Source of the DNA: Desulfurococcaceae archaeon
Lineage (GTDB): Archaea; Thermoproteota; Thermoprotei_A; Sulfolobales; Desulfurococcaceae
DNA: 64,000 bases
Assembly: GCA_038888155.1 (NCBI GenBank)
Contig: JAWAJB010000002.1
Location: 1 to 64,000 of the forward strand
Reading direction: 5' to 3'
Made by a program: the position numbers and the translations under genes. Position 1 is the stretch's first letter, and each line of letters starts with the position of its first letter. Of the stretch, positions 62,394 through 64,000 are shown one piece after another. The notes under the pieces were generated by a model. That model ran no database searches, had not been told where the DNA came from, and saw only the letters and a list, made by a program, of their open reading frames with translations.

Positions 62394-64000
62394 ATGCACT
62401 TTAATAAGAAACTGCGCGTTTGCGTCTCCCTTCTCTTAGTTGCAACAGTTATAATGGCGCTGGGACTGTCACAGGGGATAGCTTTCGCAGAATCCATGGG
62501 GCCAAAGGATATTGTGTATGGTTTCAGAGTTGATCTTTCCAAGATTGGGGTATTGCCTAAGTACGTATACTTGCTAGGCGAGAGCAGGGTTATGATCGTT
62601 GGATCGTTCGAGGGAGTAAACGGAGTTGGAGTCCTCAACATTTCTGACCCACACGCTGACCCAAAGCTTGAGGAGCTCTACCCTATTACGGGCCTTCCAA
62701 CTAGAGTAGCCACGGATGGTTATCCTACTACAAGAATAGCTGTAGGAAGCGACAAAGGCGAAGTACTTCTCTTCAAAGTTAATGAAGGGAGGATACTAAA
62801 GCACCTATACACTGTACTGGGGGCTGACTTTTACGTGGATAAATTGTCCCTAGCTAGGGATGCAACTGGAAACACAAAGATCATAGCGCTTGTGGCTGAA
62901 GGCGGAAGTAGAGGTTATCCTTGTATGAATTGCTATGTCTACGTCTTAGATGAAGAAGCTGATGGTTTGCTTCGAATTGGACCAAGGGTGGGTAACGTCA
63001 CGCCGACTTGTCCTGGGCTAGAGGACGTGCAGGTACTTGATGTTGTGCCTCTAGCAGTCTACGGAACAGGTAGCATACACTACGACGCCGCTAACGTAGC
63101 AATAATGTATATCCCTCAGATAATTCCGCTTGTCTTTGACGTAACATATATAGAGGAGGAGACAGGGGAGGCTAAAGGAATCCCTGGAGCTCTAGTAGGG
63201 GTGTCCCTGCTCTACAACAAGACAGGCGCTAGGGTAGTATATGGCGTAAATGCTGATAAGAGAGGCATAGCCCGAGTACCCATTCCCGCCGAAAGGGATA
63301 ATATAATAATTGTAAACTTAACTATTGCTGACATCTCAGGCACAGTGCGCTGGCACTACACTTACGTGTACAACTCGACAGCATTTAAGGAGATCCCCGC
63401 AGAGATTTACCTCCCTGCGGCAGTTCTCCCAAGTAAAAACGTTGACACAAGACCCGCCACGAAGGTTTACGGCGTGCCCCCCTTCCTTGCCTCGATAGTT
63501 GACTTCATTGACATTACAAAGGCTCCGTTTAGGTGCACTATGAGGACGCAAGTTGCTCTGTCGTTGAAACCTTCAGTTAATGATTTAACGCTAATGCGGG
63601 GCTCTACAGATGCAAGGATTAAAATAATGTACAATGATCCAGACGAAGGCATTCTTAACACTATTGTTGTCCTAATTACCCCGCCAGGAATCAGCCAGGT
63701 CTCGAGAGTAACTGACTACGTAGGGGGCAATGCTAGAATAGCGGTAGCTGGTACATACAGCGATGGTAGCTACATTATTGCCGGTCTATCTGACGGCAGA
63801 ATAAGGCTATACACATCTCAAGGCCAAAGCTATAGGCTTAAGCACATCTACGTAATGGGCTCGCCCCTAATTAACCTAGTGACTATACCGAACATTGAGA
63901 GGAATACATACGTAGCTATTTCATCTGGTGGCGTTGAAGTTATCAAGGTGGAGCCGTATCCCCTACCAATATACAGAAAATACCTATCTCTGTACCTCAC
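62394..64000 (+). CDS. Large secreted beta-rich protein, 3'-truncated (more than 535 aa), absent from the ORF track
   Basis: My translation is open from ATG 62394 (GGTG SD) to the window end; Sec signal MHFNKKLRVCVSLLLVATVIMALGLSQGIAFA; propeller-like segments (RIAVGSDKGEVLLF, YIIAGLSDGRIRLY). Confidence 0.85.
   Translation, partial: MHFNKKLRVCVSLLLVATVIMALGLSQGIAFAESMGPKDIVYGFRVDLSKIGVLPKYVYLLGESRVMIVGSFEGVNGVGVLNISDPHADPKLEELYPITGLPTRVATDGYPTTRIAVGSDKGEVLLFKVNEGRILKHLYTVLGADFYVDKLSLARDATGNTKIIALVAEGGSRGYPCMNCYVYVLDEEADGLLRIGPRVGNVTPTCPGLEDVQVLDVVPLAVYGTGSIHYDAANVAIMYIPQIIPLVFDVTYIEEETGEAKGIPGALVGVSLLYNKTGARVVYGVNADKRGIARVPIPAERDNIIIVNLTIADISGTVRWHYTYVYNSTAFKEIPAEIYLPAAVLPSKNVDTRPATKVYGVPPFLASIVDFIDITKAPFRCTMRTQVALSLKPSVNDLTLMRGSTDARIKIMYNDPDEGILNTIVVLITPPGISQVSRVTDYVGGNARIAVAGTYSDGSYIIAGLSDGRIRLYTSQGQSYRLKHIYVMGSPLINLVTIPNIERNTYVAISSGGVEVIKVEPYPLPIYRKYLSLYL

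Noticed and set aside
62369-63661. Three short minus-strand ORFs at the right end
   Set aside because: Antisense shadows of the long plus-strand ORF starting at 62394

Overview
Chromosomal window from a hyperthermophilic crenarchaeon, most like Desulfurococcales (very GC-rich 23S rRNA with no linked 5S, DUF2258/ThermoDBP-related protein, bifunctional PGI/PMI, S25e, CTP-dependent riboflavin kinase). Most of it is housekeeping: the 3' part of 23S rRNA, three tRNAs (Pro-UGG, Ile-GAU, Gly-CCC), lipid enzymes, XerA, ProRS, a full A1A0 ATP synthase operon with a Na+-type two-hairpin c subunit, a FOR-type tungsten oxidoreductase, a 7-gene Mrp antiporter, an Opp/Dpp ABC transporter, a decayed amidohydrolase/MFS region and a type IV pilus locus. 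Features absent from the ORF track are up to four box C/D guide sRNAs with partly assignable targets (16S C1402, tRNA-Leu(CAA) C34, 23S), a large secreted protein running off the right end, and a probable ATT start codon. The best candidate for an undescribed system is a PMT/GT39-like glycosyltransferase directly downstream of a Thr-rich, sequon-free major pilin (possible dedicated archaeal pilin O-glycosylation). A second candidate is a NurA-HerA pair without Mre11/Rad50, clustered with DHH, HDAC, CYTH and solo Cas4 genes. All calls come from reading motifs by eye; no searches were run.
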